The notes below the pieces were generated by a model that saw only the letters and a list, made by a program, of their open reading frames with translations, searched no databases and was not told where the DNA came from. Below are positions 1-8,029 of a DNA stretch of 52,155 nucleotides, piece after piece. Source of the stretch: a virus (Duplodnaviria; Caudoviricetes). Position 1 is the stretch's first letter, and each line of letters starts with the position of its first letter. Location of the stretch: the IMG/VR virus record IMGVR_UViG_3300043411_001021, positions 1-52,155 of that record; one strand, 5' to 3'. The position numbers and the translations under genes are program-made.

Positions 1-20
1 TATCTAAGGAGAGTAACTAG

Positions 21-173
21 ATGGACGAAAACCAGTTAAACCAAGTGGGGCAACATTTGAGTGATGGCGTACCACACCAACATGGTACTCATTGGGTATG
101 TGCAGAACAGCTAGAAAAATACGGTAGTGACGCACGATGTTGTGAATGTACCGACCACGAATGCGAGGACTAG
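21..173 (+). CDS. Small Cys/His-rich hypothetical protein (50 aa)
   Basis: Manual translation MDENQL...HGTHWVC...RCCECTDHECED*; SD AAGGAG upstream. Confidence 0.7.
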   Translation: MDENQLNQVGQHLSDGVPHQHGTHWVCAEQLEKYGSDARCCECTDHECED

Positions 174-263
174 ATGAAAATTATAGATTACATATTCTTT
201 ATAGGCTTAATATGGTTTATATGGCCTGACATTAAACAGCGATGGAAAACAAGAAAGAAGTAA
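174..263 (+). CDS. Small single-pass membrane protein (29 aa)
   Basis: MKIIDYIFFIGLIWFIWPDIKQRWKTRKK*; abuts neighbours stop-to-start. Confidence 0.6.
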   Translation: MKIIDYIFFIGLIWFIWPDIKQRWKTRKK

Positions 264-470
264 ATGATGAATGAACTAACGGAACCAGCAAATAGAACAC
301 TTAAACTAATCAAAAACTTATGGTCTAATGGACCTGGGTACATCGGTTGCTGCCCCGAAGATGGGACAATCTTGTTAGGTAAATCAGGTGATAGTGAATG
401 GGTGGAGATACCTAAACATATTGCTGATCTATTTAGTTTTGACGTTGAGGTATCCGAGGAGAGTAACTAG
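264..470 (+). CDS. Hypothetical protein
   Basis: ORF in the cassette chain, ending in the junction motif. Confidence 0.7.
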   Translation: MMNELTEPANRTLKLIKNLWSNGPGYIGCCPEDGTILLGKSGDSEWVEIPKHIADLFSFDVEVSEESN

Positions 471-1694
471 ATGGACAAAACAAAATTATTGTTAGGCGAT
501 TCGTTAGAAACACTCAAAACACTAGACGCAAACTCGATAGACGCTATGGTAACTGACCCTCCAGCAGGAATTAGTTTCATGGGTAAAACATGGGATTCAC
601 ATAAAGGTGGTCGTAAAGAATGGATAGCTTGGCTTTGTGAAGTTATGGAAGAAGCGTTACGTGTTTTGAAACCTGGTGCTTATGGGTTAGTGTGGGCTTT
701 GCCGAGGACTTCTCATTGGACTGGTATGGCTTTGGAAGATGCAGGTTTTGAGGTCAGAGATTGTGTGTATCATCTGTTCGGTTCAGGCTTCCCTAAATCA
801 TTAAACGTCGGGAAAGCTGTGGATAAGTTGCAAGGCAACGAACGCGCTGTTGCTCCTCCGAAACAATTTGCGGATGGCACAACACAAAGGGCTACCGCTA
901 GGGCGGGGATTTATAGTGAGGAAAAAGGCCAAGCGGAAAACACGGTTGGCACAGGCGTTTGGGAGGGTTATGGTACAGCATTGAAACCTGCTGTGGAGTG
1001 TTGGTGGCTAGTCCGTAAACCTTTAGCTGAATCTACTGTTGCTAAGAACGTTTTGGAGTACGGTACAGGCGCACTCAACATAGAGGCGAGTCGAGTAGAC
1101 GGACAACCACGGAGAACACACGGAGATAAGAACTGGTCTAGCAAAGGAGATAGTAACCATGAAATCTTTTCAGGTTTTGGAGATCGCTATGAAGCACCGA
1201 TGCCCGCTGGTCGTTGGCCTTCTCATCTTATCCATGATGGGTCAGACGTAATCGTAGAACAATTCCCTAACGATAGCGCAAGGTTTTTTTATTGTGCTAA
1301 ATCGTCGAAAGTGGAACGTAACGCTGGGCTAGACGGATTTGAAGAAAAAGCAAGAATAGATTATGGCGGTTCCCATAGTGAACAGGGTTTGATAAATAAT
1401 AATCGTAATCCTGAAAATCGAAAACCTACAAAAAATAATCATCCGACTGTGAAAGCTCAAGCGTTGATGCGTTATCTATGTAAACTTATAGCTCCACCAG
1501 GTACACCTATTATTCTTGACCCGTTTATGGGTTCTGGTAGTACAGGTGTCGCATGTAAAGCTTTAGGATATGATTTTGTTGGTATAGAACTCGACGCAGA
1601 ATATCTAGAGATAGCTAAAGCACGTATCGACCATGCGAAACCTTTAGAGGTTGTGGAACAGTTAGATATTTTGAAACAACAGGACAGTGACTAG
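471..1694 (+). CDS. DNA amino-methyltransferase (N6A/N4C, beta class)
   Basis: TDPPAG motif IV variant, RVLKPG, HPTVK, C-terminal LDPFMGSGSTG SAM-binding motif. Confidence 0.92.
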   Translation: MDKTKLLLGDSLETLKTLDANSIDAMVTDPPAGISFMGKTWDSHKGGRKEWIAWLCEVMEEALRVLKPGAYGLVWALPRTSHWTGMALEDAGFEVRDCVYHLFGSGFPKSLNVGKAVDKLQGNERAVAPPKQFADGTTQRATARAGIYSEEKGQAENTVGTGVWEGYGTALKPAVECWWLVRKPLAESTVAKNVLEYGTGALNIEASRVDGQPRRTHGDKNWSSKGDSNHEIFSGFGDRYEAPMPAGRWPSHLIHDGSDVIVEQFPNDSARFFYCAKSSKVERNAGLDGFEEKARIDYGGSHSEQGLINNNRNPENRKPTKNNHPTVKAQALMRYLCKLIAPPGTPIILDPFMGSGSTGVACKALGYDFVGIELDAEYLEIAKARIDHAKPLEVVEQLDILKQQDSD

Positions 1695-1850
1695 ATGAAC
1701 CGTAAATCTATAGATATAGCAATACTATTGCTCATGTATGGGCTTTATATTGCAGGGCTAGTAGCTTCCGAGAGTCTATATCAGACAATATTGTTGATTT
1801 TCGTTGCTTCAATCTGGTTGGAACTATCGGACAAACAGAGGAGTAACTAG
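1695..1850 (+). CDS. Small membrane protein (51 aa, two hydrophobic segments)
   Basis: MNRKSIDIAILLLMYGLYIAGLVASESLYQTILLIFVASIWLELSDKQRSN*; bounded by junction motifs. Confidence 0.7.
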   Translation: MNRKSIDIAILLLMYGLYIAGLVASESLYQTILLIFVASIWLELSDKQRSN

Positions 1851-2051
1851 ATGGAACAGTCGATAACATTGCAACAGTGGGAAGATCTAAACCTTCTAGT
1901 TTTTAGCCTGGTTACTGGTAAGAAAAATATAGAACCGGATCCAAAACTTGGAGCTATTAACGCTAGTGATTTTTGTAACGCTATAGACGTAGGTAAAGCG
2001 TGTGTAGATTTGCTGAAAGTTTTGAATCTTAAAATAAAAAGCGTAGATTAA
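1851..2051 (+). CDS. Hypothetical protein
   Basis: ORF with SD GAGGAG inside the junction motif. Confidence 0.7.
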   Translation: MEQSITLQQWEDLNLLVFSLVTGKKNIEPDPKLGAINASDFCNAIDVGKACVDLLKVLNLKIKSVD

Positions 2052-2101
2052 AAATTGGATAATAGTAGCAGAAAAACATTTTCCGAAGTTTACCTTTCTA
2101 T

Positions 2102-2130
2102 TTGCTATGTAAATACTTTTAATATATAAT
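2102..2130 (+). promoter_or_regulatory. Sigma70-type promoter
   Basis: TTGCTA-17 nt-TATAAT. Confidence 0.7.
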
Positions 2131-2159
2131 TAAAATTAAAAAAGAAAACGGAACAACAA

Positions 2160-2495
2160 ATGACACAGAAAACATATTTAAGTAGTGACCTAGAAGACAT
2201 ATTAGATATATCATATCGACAACTAAATCTTTGGTCTAGTAGTGGTATTATACCTAATCAAACTGATATTGGACCTGGTAACAGGCGTAAGTTTACACTA
2301 AGCGATATAATCATAGCTTGGATAGCAAAACAAATGTTTGCTATTGGTTTTCGATCTAATATAGTTAGATTAGTTGTTAAAAACCCTCCCAGTTTCCCAA
2401 TACCTGAAAATAATATTACATACAGCATTGATAACATTACCTTTAATTTAGACTGTAGTGATTTACACCAAAGACTGACACATATATCATGGTAA
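2160..2495 (+). CDS. MerR-family HTH DNA-binding protein
   Basis: DLEDILDISYRQLNLWSSSGII...GNRRKFTLSDI pattern. Confidence 0.8.
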   Translation: MTQKTYLSSDLEDILDISYRQLNLWSSSGIIPNQTDIGPGNRRKFTLSDIIIAWIAKQMFAIGFRSNIVRLVVKNPPSFPIPENNITYSIDNITFNLDCSDLHQRLTHISW

Positions 2496-2830
2496 GCGGT
2501 GATGCACAATATCAACGACAACGCGCACATCAAAAAAGACAAGAACAGGCGCAAGAACTAATAAAGTGTCTAGAGTGTGATCTCGAATTTATTAGGGTAG
2601 GGTCACACGTTGTACAAGTGCATGGGTATTCTAATACGGCACAATATAGAAAAGCTCACGGCTTAATGGCTAGGGAGACTTCTACAACAGAGCACAAAGA
2701 GAGGATGAGATCTTTAAACACATCATCAAAGAATCTAGAGGCTGGAAAACATAACAGGTACCACATAGGTGGCAACCACGGCAAAAACTTAACTGAATTT
2801 TGGAATAATAGGCGTAGAAACAAAATTTAA
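2489..2830 (+). CDS. Ros/MucR-like zinc-finger protein
   Basis: IKCLEC...SHVVQVHGY...QYRKAHGL matches the MucR finger pattern. Confidence 0.65.
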   Translation: MVSGDAQYQRQRAHQKRQEQAQELIKCLECDLEFIRVGSHVVQVHGYSNTAQYRKAHGLMARETSTTEHKERMRSLNTSSKNLEAGKHNRYHIGGNHGKNLTEFWNNRRRNKI

Positions 2831-2886
2831 TTTGACTTGCTAATTGAGATAGTTCCTATTAGTATTTAAAATAAAAAGAAGTACTC

Positions 2887-3939
2887 ATGATAGACATAAA
2901 TTTATACAATAAATACGTAGAAGATAAGTTAGTCACAAGACGCGAACATAACAACGGTGATTTACTAATTTGGAACTACACCCCCCGCACACAATTCTCT
3001 CGTGCTTGGGATGACGTGACAATGATGTGTCGAGGGTTAATTACTAATAGAGAAGGTGAAATCATTGCTCGACCTTTTAAGAAGTTTTTTAATTATGGAG
3101 AAGTGGGCGATAACATTCCCGAAGGTGGATTTTCAGTCACAGAGAAGTTAGATGGTTCTCTTTTTATATTAGCAAAACATAACAACGAGTACATCACAGC
3201 TACACGAGGGTCTTTTTATTCAGACCAAGCAAAAAAGGGTAGAGAGATTCTAGATAGATACGTACAAGAATATGGTAATTTATATTTAGAAGGTATCACA
3301 TATTTATTTGAAGTAATTTATCGTGAAAATAGAATTGTCGTAGATTACGGAGATGATGAGAAGTTAATATTAATTGCAGCAATCAACACTGAAACTGGTG
3401 AAGAGTTAGATATTAAAACTTGTCCACACCCTGATCGCGTTACATATCACGGGGATATGGAAACTTTTGAACATCTTATTGCTAATGCGGGGGCGGAAAG
3501 TAACCGTGAGGGGTTCGTTATCCGTTATTCAGATGGCACACGTCTTAAATTAAAGTTTGATGAGTATTGCAGACTACATAAAATCATAACAGGAGTTAAT
3601 AAGCACCGGATTTGGGAGATTTTAAAGGCTGAGGATAGTTTAGATGAGTTACTGGAACTTGTCCCAGATGAATTTTATAATTGGGTGAAAGAAACAGTAA
3701 ATTACTTTAAAAAAGAACACTATATGTTAAAACAGGAAGCACGCTCAGTATATGTATGTGTACAGGATCTCCCAACACGTAAAGAACAAGCACAAGAGAT
3801 CTTTAAAACAATACACATACCTGTGATACGTTCGTGTGTATTCCTACTTTTAGATAAACGTGATAACGAAGTTGACACAGCTATTTGGAAAGCATTAGAA
3901 CCTCACGGTGATGAAAGACCTTTTAAGGAGGAAGTATGA
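2887..3939 (+). CDS. T4 Rnl1-like RNA ligase
   Basis: CRGLI, ARPFKKFFN, EKLDGS (motif I), TRGSF, EGFV, LKLK. Confidence 0.93.
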   Translation: MIDINLYNKYVEDKLVTRREHNNGDLLIWNYTPRTQFSRAWDDVTMMCRGLITNREGEIIARPFKKFFNYGEVGDNIPEGGFSVTEKLDGSLFILAKHNNEYITATRGSFYSDQAKKGREILDRYVQEYGNLYLEGITYLFEVIYRENRIVVDYGDDEKLILIAAINTETGEELDIKTCPHPDRVTYHGDMETFEHLIANAGAESNREGFVIRYSDGTRLKLKFDEYCRLHKIITGVNKHRIWEILKAEDSLDELLELVPDEFYNWVKETVNYFKKEHYMLKQEARSVYVCVQDLPTRKEQAQEIFKTIHIPVIRSCVFLLLDKRDNEVDTAIWKALEPHGDERPFKEEV

Positions 3940-4289
3940 AAATTTTAGATCAAATTTCGGAATTATTTTCTTTAAAGATTAAAGAAATTGCAAAGCGTTC
4001 GGATGAAAGACATCTTGGTGATGGTTTTAATTTAGAAAGATTAGATCGTATCTTACAAAGAATTTATCTACATGATCGAATGAGTGATGGAGATTTTAAA
4101 GAGCTTCAGATGCTTGGGTTTCTTAAAGGTGCGCGTATAAAAGCAAAACCTTTTGAGGTAGGGCAGAAGGTGAAGTATTTTGATATAAACACTACTGTAA
4201 CAGGGGTTAAATATGTTCCTGAATTAAAGTGTTGGCACGTACAAAGTGTAGTAAATAGTAATTGGATACATGAGAGGTTTTACAAATGA
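3936..4289 (+). CDS. Hypothetical protein
   Basis: ATGA-coupled ORF with SD AGGAGG. Confidence 0.75.
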   Translation: MKILDQISELFSLKIKEIAKRSDERHLGDGFNLERLDRILQRIYLHDRMSDGDFKELQMLGFLKGARIKAKPFEVGQKVKYFDINTTVTGVKYVPELKCWHVQSVVNSNWIHERFYK

Positions 4290-4540
4290 TAATAGACTAT
4301 GTAGATTTCACACACATAGATACACCTTTTACGAGGAGACGTGAGTTAGATGTGGGAGATGTTTTTATCAATCAAGGACAATGTAAAGCGTGTGGTTGGG
4401 TCATAAGATCTAAAAACAGACATAACTATGTGACCTGTAATTGCGGAGAATGTAGTATAGATGGTGGAAGTTGGTATGTAAAATATAGTGGACCTTTGGG
4501 GTTACACACCGTTTATTATAATGATATAGAGGAAAAATAA
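4286..4540 (+). CDS. Zinc-ribbon hypothetical protein
   Basis: CKACG..IRS..RHNYVTCNCG...IDGG phage Zn motif. Confidence 0.75.
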   Translation: MIIDYVDFTHIDTPFTRRRELDVGDVFINQGQCKACGWVIRSKNRHNYVTCNCGECSIDGGSWYVKYSGPLGLHTVYYNDIEEK

Positions 4541-5400
4541 TGACAGGTAAATTAGTGATGATGCGTGGGCTGCCTGGTAGTGGAAAAAGTACTTATGCAA
4601 AGGAACTTGTAGGAAAAGGATTTGTTCGGATATGTAAAGATGACCTTCGTTCTATGATGAGCAACGGAGTCTGGAACGGTAAACGTGAGAAACGTGTAGT
4701 TCGTGTTCGTGATTTTATTATTCGTGACGTTTTGGAATCGGGCGGAAATGTTGTTGTAGATGACACTAATTATAATTGGGAAGATCATTTACGCGGGTTG
4801 GCTTCGGAGTACAGCGCTAAGTTTGAAGTGATAGATGTTGACACAGATGTTGACACATGTATTAAGCGTGATCTTGCGCGTGAAAACTCTGTTGGAGCTT
4901 CTGTTATTTGGAGGATGTATTACGAACACGTTTCTCCTCCTGAGAAATATGTCGCTCCAGAAGGATCAATGGAGGTTATATTATGTGATTTAGATGGAAC
5001 TCTAGCACTCATGAATGATGAGAATAATTCTCGTTCCCCTTATGATTGGGAGCGTGTAGGAGAAGATGCTGTTTGTCCTGCAGTTAGTTATATAGTACAC
5101 CAAATACAATCTGGTTATGAGTCTCGACCCGTGATACTTGTTAGTGGACGTGATGAAGTTTGTCGTAGTGAGACAGAAGCTTGGTTGGAAAAACATGATA
5201 TAGAATATAAAGCTTTGTTTATGCGTCCTGCTGGTGATAAGCGAAAAGACACAATTGTGAAGCGAGAAATATTTGACCGAGAGATTCGTGATAAGTATGC
5301 TGTGTTATTTGTCTTGGATGATAGAATTTCCGTGTGCCGTCAATGGTACGGAATGGGATTGCCTTTGCTTCGTGTTGGCGATCCGGATGCGGATTTCTAG
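4540..5400 (+). CDS. pseT: Polynucleotide 5'-kinase/3'-phosphatase (T4 PseT-like)
   Basis: GLPGSGKST P-loop; HAD DLDGTL, SGR, LFMR..GD.RKD..VK, DDR. Confidence 0.95.
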   Translation: MTGKLVMMRGLPGSGKSTYAKELVGKGFVRICKDDLRSMMSNGVWNGKREKRVVRVRDFIIRDVLESGGNVVVDDTNYNWEDHLRGLASEYSAKFEVIDVDTDVDTCIKRDLARENSVGASVIWRMYYEHVSPPEKYVAPEGSMEVILCDLDGTLALMNDENNSRSPYDWERVGEDAVCPAVSYIVHQIQSGYESRPVILVSGRDEVCRSETEAWLEKHDIEYKALFMRPAGDKRKDTIVKREIFDREIRDKYAVLFVLDDRISVCRQWYGMGLPLLRVGDPDADF

Positions 5401-5409
5401 GAGGTTAAT

Positions 5410-5676
5410 ATGAAAGATTGTTGTGCAAAAATGTATCTTCACATTAAAGAATGTGAGTTTGGTTATAAGGGTGATGATAATATAGTTTTTACTGATGTTG
5501 TTATTAATTCTTTGAGAGAAAAGGGCTACGTCGATGGGAAGATTTTAGATAAAGTCTTAGATCGTGTTGCTTGGTTAGAACGAGAGTATTTTAAAGCTGG
5601 ATTTTTGCGTAAAGAGTTACAGGACAAAAATAATGCTTTGGTATCATCTTTGAAGCAACTTGCAGGTGATGTGTAA
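5410..5676 (+). CDS. Hypothetical protein
   Basis: SD GGAGG, in operon. Confidence 0.7.
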   Translation: MKDCCAKMYLHIKECEFGYKGDDNIVFTDVVINSLREKGYVDGKILDKVLDRVAWLEREYFKAGFLRKELQDKNNALVSSLKQLAGDV

Positions 5677-6428
5677 TGGCGTTTGCTCCTCGTGAGATGG
5701 TTCCTGGTATTGACTTTGTATATGGTGCATTGTCTCCTTCTGAAACCCCCCTCGTTGTTGGTCTTGTTGGGTCTGTGGCGTATGGGTTGGATGTATCGGA
5801 TTCGGATAAGGATTATTTGGGTGTGCATTATGTGGATGTTACTCGGCTGTATGGCTTTGGTGCTGTAGATTTGTTAAAGACGTCACGTGTACGTGGTGGT
5901 CCAGACTTTTGCTCACATGAGATACATAAGTTTTTGACATTAGCATTAGGGTGTAATCCAACTGTTATTGAACTTTTGTTTTTAGATGATTATGAGTATG
6001 TGTCTTCGGATTTTTTAGAGTTGATAGAGATGCGTTCGGCTTTTCTTTCAACTAAAAAAGTGCGTAATGCTTATGGTGGCTATGTTTTAGGGCAAGCTAA
6101 AAGACTTAAGTCGCGTGTAGATTCTGGGTTAGAAGGTTTTGATCCCGATTTAAAAAAGAGAACAAAGAAACATGCAAGGCATTGTTTCAGATTGCTATTT
6201 CAGTGTGAAGCTTTGTTAAGAACCGGAGAAGTTGTTATTGATGTTTCGGATATTCGAGAAGAAATTTTCGAAGCTGGGGAAATATGTGTTCGAGATGAGA
6301 GTGCGTTTTTTGATTTGATTGTTGAAAAGGTGCGAAGTTTAGATTCTGTGGAAAGCGTGTTACCGCTGTATGCGGATCGTGACAGGATTGAAGATTGGTT
6401 AATTGAATTTAGGAGAAATCATGCGTAA
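5676..6428 (+). CDS. Pol-beta superfamily nucleotidyltransferase (RlaP/YcgL-like)
   Basis: GSVAYGL...SDKD motif, NPTVIELL, KHARHCFRLL. Confidence 0.88.
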   Translation: MAFAPREMVPGIDFVYGALSPSETPLVVGLVGSVAYGLDVSDSDKDYLGVHYVDVTRLYGFGAVDLLKTSRVRGGPDFCSHEIHKFLTLALGCNPTVIELLFLDDYEYVSSDFLELIEMRSAFLSTKKVRNAYGGYVLGQAKRLKSRVDSGLEGFDPDLKKRTKKHARHCFRLLFQCEALLRTGEVVIDVSDIREEIFEAGEICVRDESAFFDLIVEKVRSLDSVESVLPLYADRDRIEDWLIEFRRNHA

Positions 6429-6705
6429 ATATAATTGGGGCATAATGTTTGATGATTGGAAATTAAGCTATGACTATGCCTTATATAGCGGTGACAAGAA
6501 AGTTGGGATAACTTCTAATTATGAGTCTTATAAATCATACTTTTATTGTAATGATGCAGCAAATGCGTATCGTTTTCTAGCTTTACTAGATCGTAAAGCT
6601 GTTAAGAGCTTTAGTAGATATGTTGATAAACGTAGAAAATCTGAGACAGAATTTAAGCGTAAAAAGGCAGAGAAAACACTAAGTGAACTGGGTGTTATCA
6701 AATGA
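6421..6705 (+). CDS. Hypothetical protein
   Basis: ATG at 6421 with SD AGGAG. Confidence 0.7.
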   Translation: MRKYNWGIMFDDWKLSYDYALYSGDKKVGITSNYESYKSYFYCNDAANAYRFLALLDRKAVKSFSRYVDKRRKSETEFKRKKAEKTLSELGVIK

Positions 6706-6887
6706 GGACATGTTACGGAGGAAGTCTGCGATTTAATGTAGATGGGATGATATGTTGTGCGAATTGTGGTGAAATTGTTCTTAGAAAAGCAGGTGACCAA
6801 TATGATGAAAATGGTCTTAAACATTGGTTTATGTTTAATGTAGATGGTCAGTTATGTTTAAAAGAATGTCCTTTTTGTGATTGTTAA
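6702..6887 (+). CDS. Small Cys-rich (CxxC x2) protein
   Basis: CANCG and CPFC motifs; ATGA overlap. Confidence 0.65.
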   Translation: MRTCYGGSLRFNVDGMICCANCGEIVLRKAGDQYDENGLKHWFMFNVDGQLCLKECPFCDC

Positions 6888-6901
6888 AAAATTCTAGCTT
6901 A

Positions 6902-6950
6902 AGATGTGTAAATCATAGGGGTGGAACCCTTATTTAAAATTTACACATCT
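6902..6950. terminator. Long hairpin between convergent genes
   Basis: AGATGTGTAAAT/ATTTACACATCT 12-bp inverted repeat enclosing a second stem ATAGGGGT/ACCCTTAT. Confidence 0.65.
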
Positions 6951-6954
6951 ATCA

Positions 6955-7779
6955 CTAGTTAACATCCGACGAGGGATCGGAATCTTCGTGGGTAAGTTCA
7001 GACTCATACAAAGCATAAATAATTATATCGCTATTATCAACCTCAGAAGGTTGTATAAATGAATTTGTAGTTGCTATATTTGAGAAGTGTTTATATAACT
7101 CTTGAGTACCTTCTGAAAATATACCGTGAGATACGTAAAGGGATACTCTTTCCTTTACTACATCTAGTATTTTTGCAATATTTATTACAGTTTCTCCAGT
7201 ATCACAAATATCATCTACAACAATAAAATTAGTATTAGGTTTTAATTGATAGCCTTCAGGATCTAATAGTGGTAGAGGATTACTTGCAAATTTAACACAT
7301 GGGATATACCCTGCGAATACTGATGGATTATTTAATTTAAAAAAATTAGTATAGCGCTCAGTAGCAACGAGTACCGGTTTATTAGTACTTTTTAGATTTT
7401 CTACATAATGAATTATATTATTAAAAAGGTCTTGTTCTCGCACATGTAATTCTAAAAACTTTGTTTGATCTATTAGTGTTTGAATACTCGAAGAGTGCGG
7501 ATCATACGTGACAATAGTAGCAGGAGATTTTCTTTGGGCATCTAATGCGTTTATGTATGTTGAAAGATCACTTTTAGGTGGGTGATCCGCTCTCGCATAC
7601 GGAAAATAGGGTAAGTGAATGACAGGGTGTCTACGGATTGCTTGTAAGGATGTAATAGCTCCATCTGAATCACGCACTCTAATAATTGGGTAGTCTTCGC
7701 CATATTCGTCAGGATTAAGGCTAACCGCTCCGTCTGGATATAGTGTTGGCAATCCTGTGTATGTGTAAATAGACTCCAT
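6955..7779 (-). CDS. Ribose-phosphate pyrophosphokinase-like protein (phage PRS/Adps-like)
   Basis: LPYFPYARAD, DPHS, VVDDICDTGET (PRT loop), YVSHGIFS, TTNS. Confidence 0.85.
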   Translation of the reverse strand: MESIYTYTGLPTLYPDGAVSLNPDEYGEDYPIIRVRDSDGAITSLQAIRRHPVIHLPYFPYARADHPPKSDLSTYINALDAQRKSPATIVTYDPHSSSIQTLIDQTKFLELHVREQDLFNNIIHYVENLKSTNKPVLVATERYTNFFKLNNPSVFAGYIPCVKFASNPLPLLDPEGYQLKPNTNFIVVDDICDTGETVINIAKILDVVKERVSLYVSHGIFSEGTQELYKHFSNIATTNSFIQPSEVDNSDIIIYALYESELTHEDSDPSSDVN

Positions 7780-7790
7780 AATTATTTCTA

Positions 7791-7819
7791 ATTATAAATT
7801 AAAATAATATAAAGTGCAA
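7791..7819 (-). promoter_or_regulatory. Sigma70-type promoter for the PRS-like gene
   Basis: TTGCAC-17 nt-TATAAT on the minus strand. Confidence 0.65.
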
Positions 7820-7978
7820 ATTATATGCTTTTAGCTATTATTACAACAATTAAGATAACTGCTAAGACGTAAAATAAGTTCACACACCTAGTGCAGCACT
7901 GATGATACAACATTGTGATAAATTATCCTTTTTATACCGCTATACAAATAAATTAATTTAATTTAATTTAAGGTGAGC

Positions 7979-8007
7979 TTGACGATGGGCTTAAATAGAT
8001 GTATCAT
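7979..8007 (+). promoter_or_regulatory. Sigma70-type promoter
   Basis: TTGACG-17 nt-TATCAT with an AT-rich upstream tract. Confidence 0.7.
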
Positions 8008-8029
8008 TAAATACTAAATTAAAAGAAAG

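Larger units (their letters stand above)
1..1853 (+). repeat. Dispersed gene-junction repeat AGGA(GA)GTAACTAG|ATG, 5 copies
   Basis: Copies at 7-23, 165-176 (short form GAGGACTAGATG), 457-473, 1681-1697 (AGGACAGTGACTAGATG) and 1839-1853; 1-30 and 451-480 match at 27/30 nt. Confidence 0.85.

Noticed and set aside
1-1853. CRISPR array
   Set aside because: Repeat spacing is irregular and the intervening sequences are whole ORFs; the Cas4-like gene is a typical phage exonuclease
1-2051. Amber (TAG) recoding producing a polyprotein
   Set aside because: Each junction has its own SD and ATG, long genes elsewhere are intact under code 11, one junction uses TAA, and no suppressor tRNA is present
7899-7925. 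Hammerhead ribozyme (CTGATGA core)
   Set aside because: The required GAAA is absent (GATAA instead) and stems I and III could not be found
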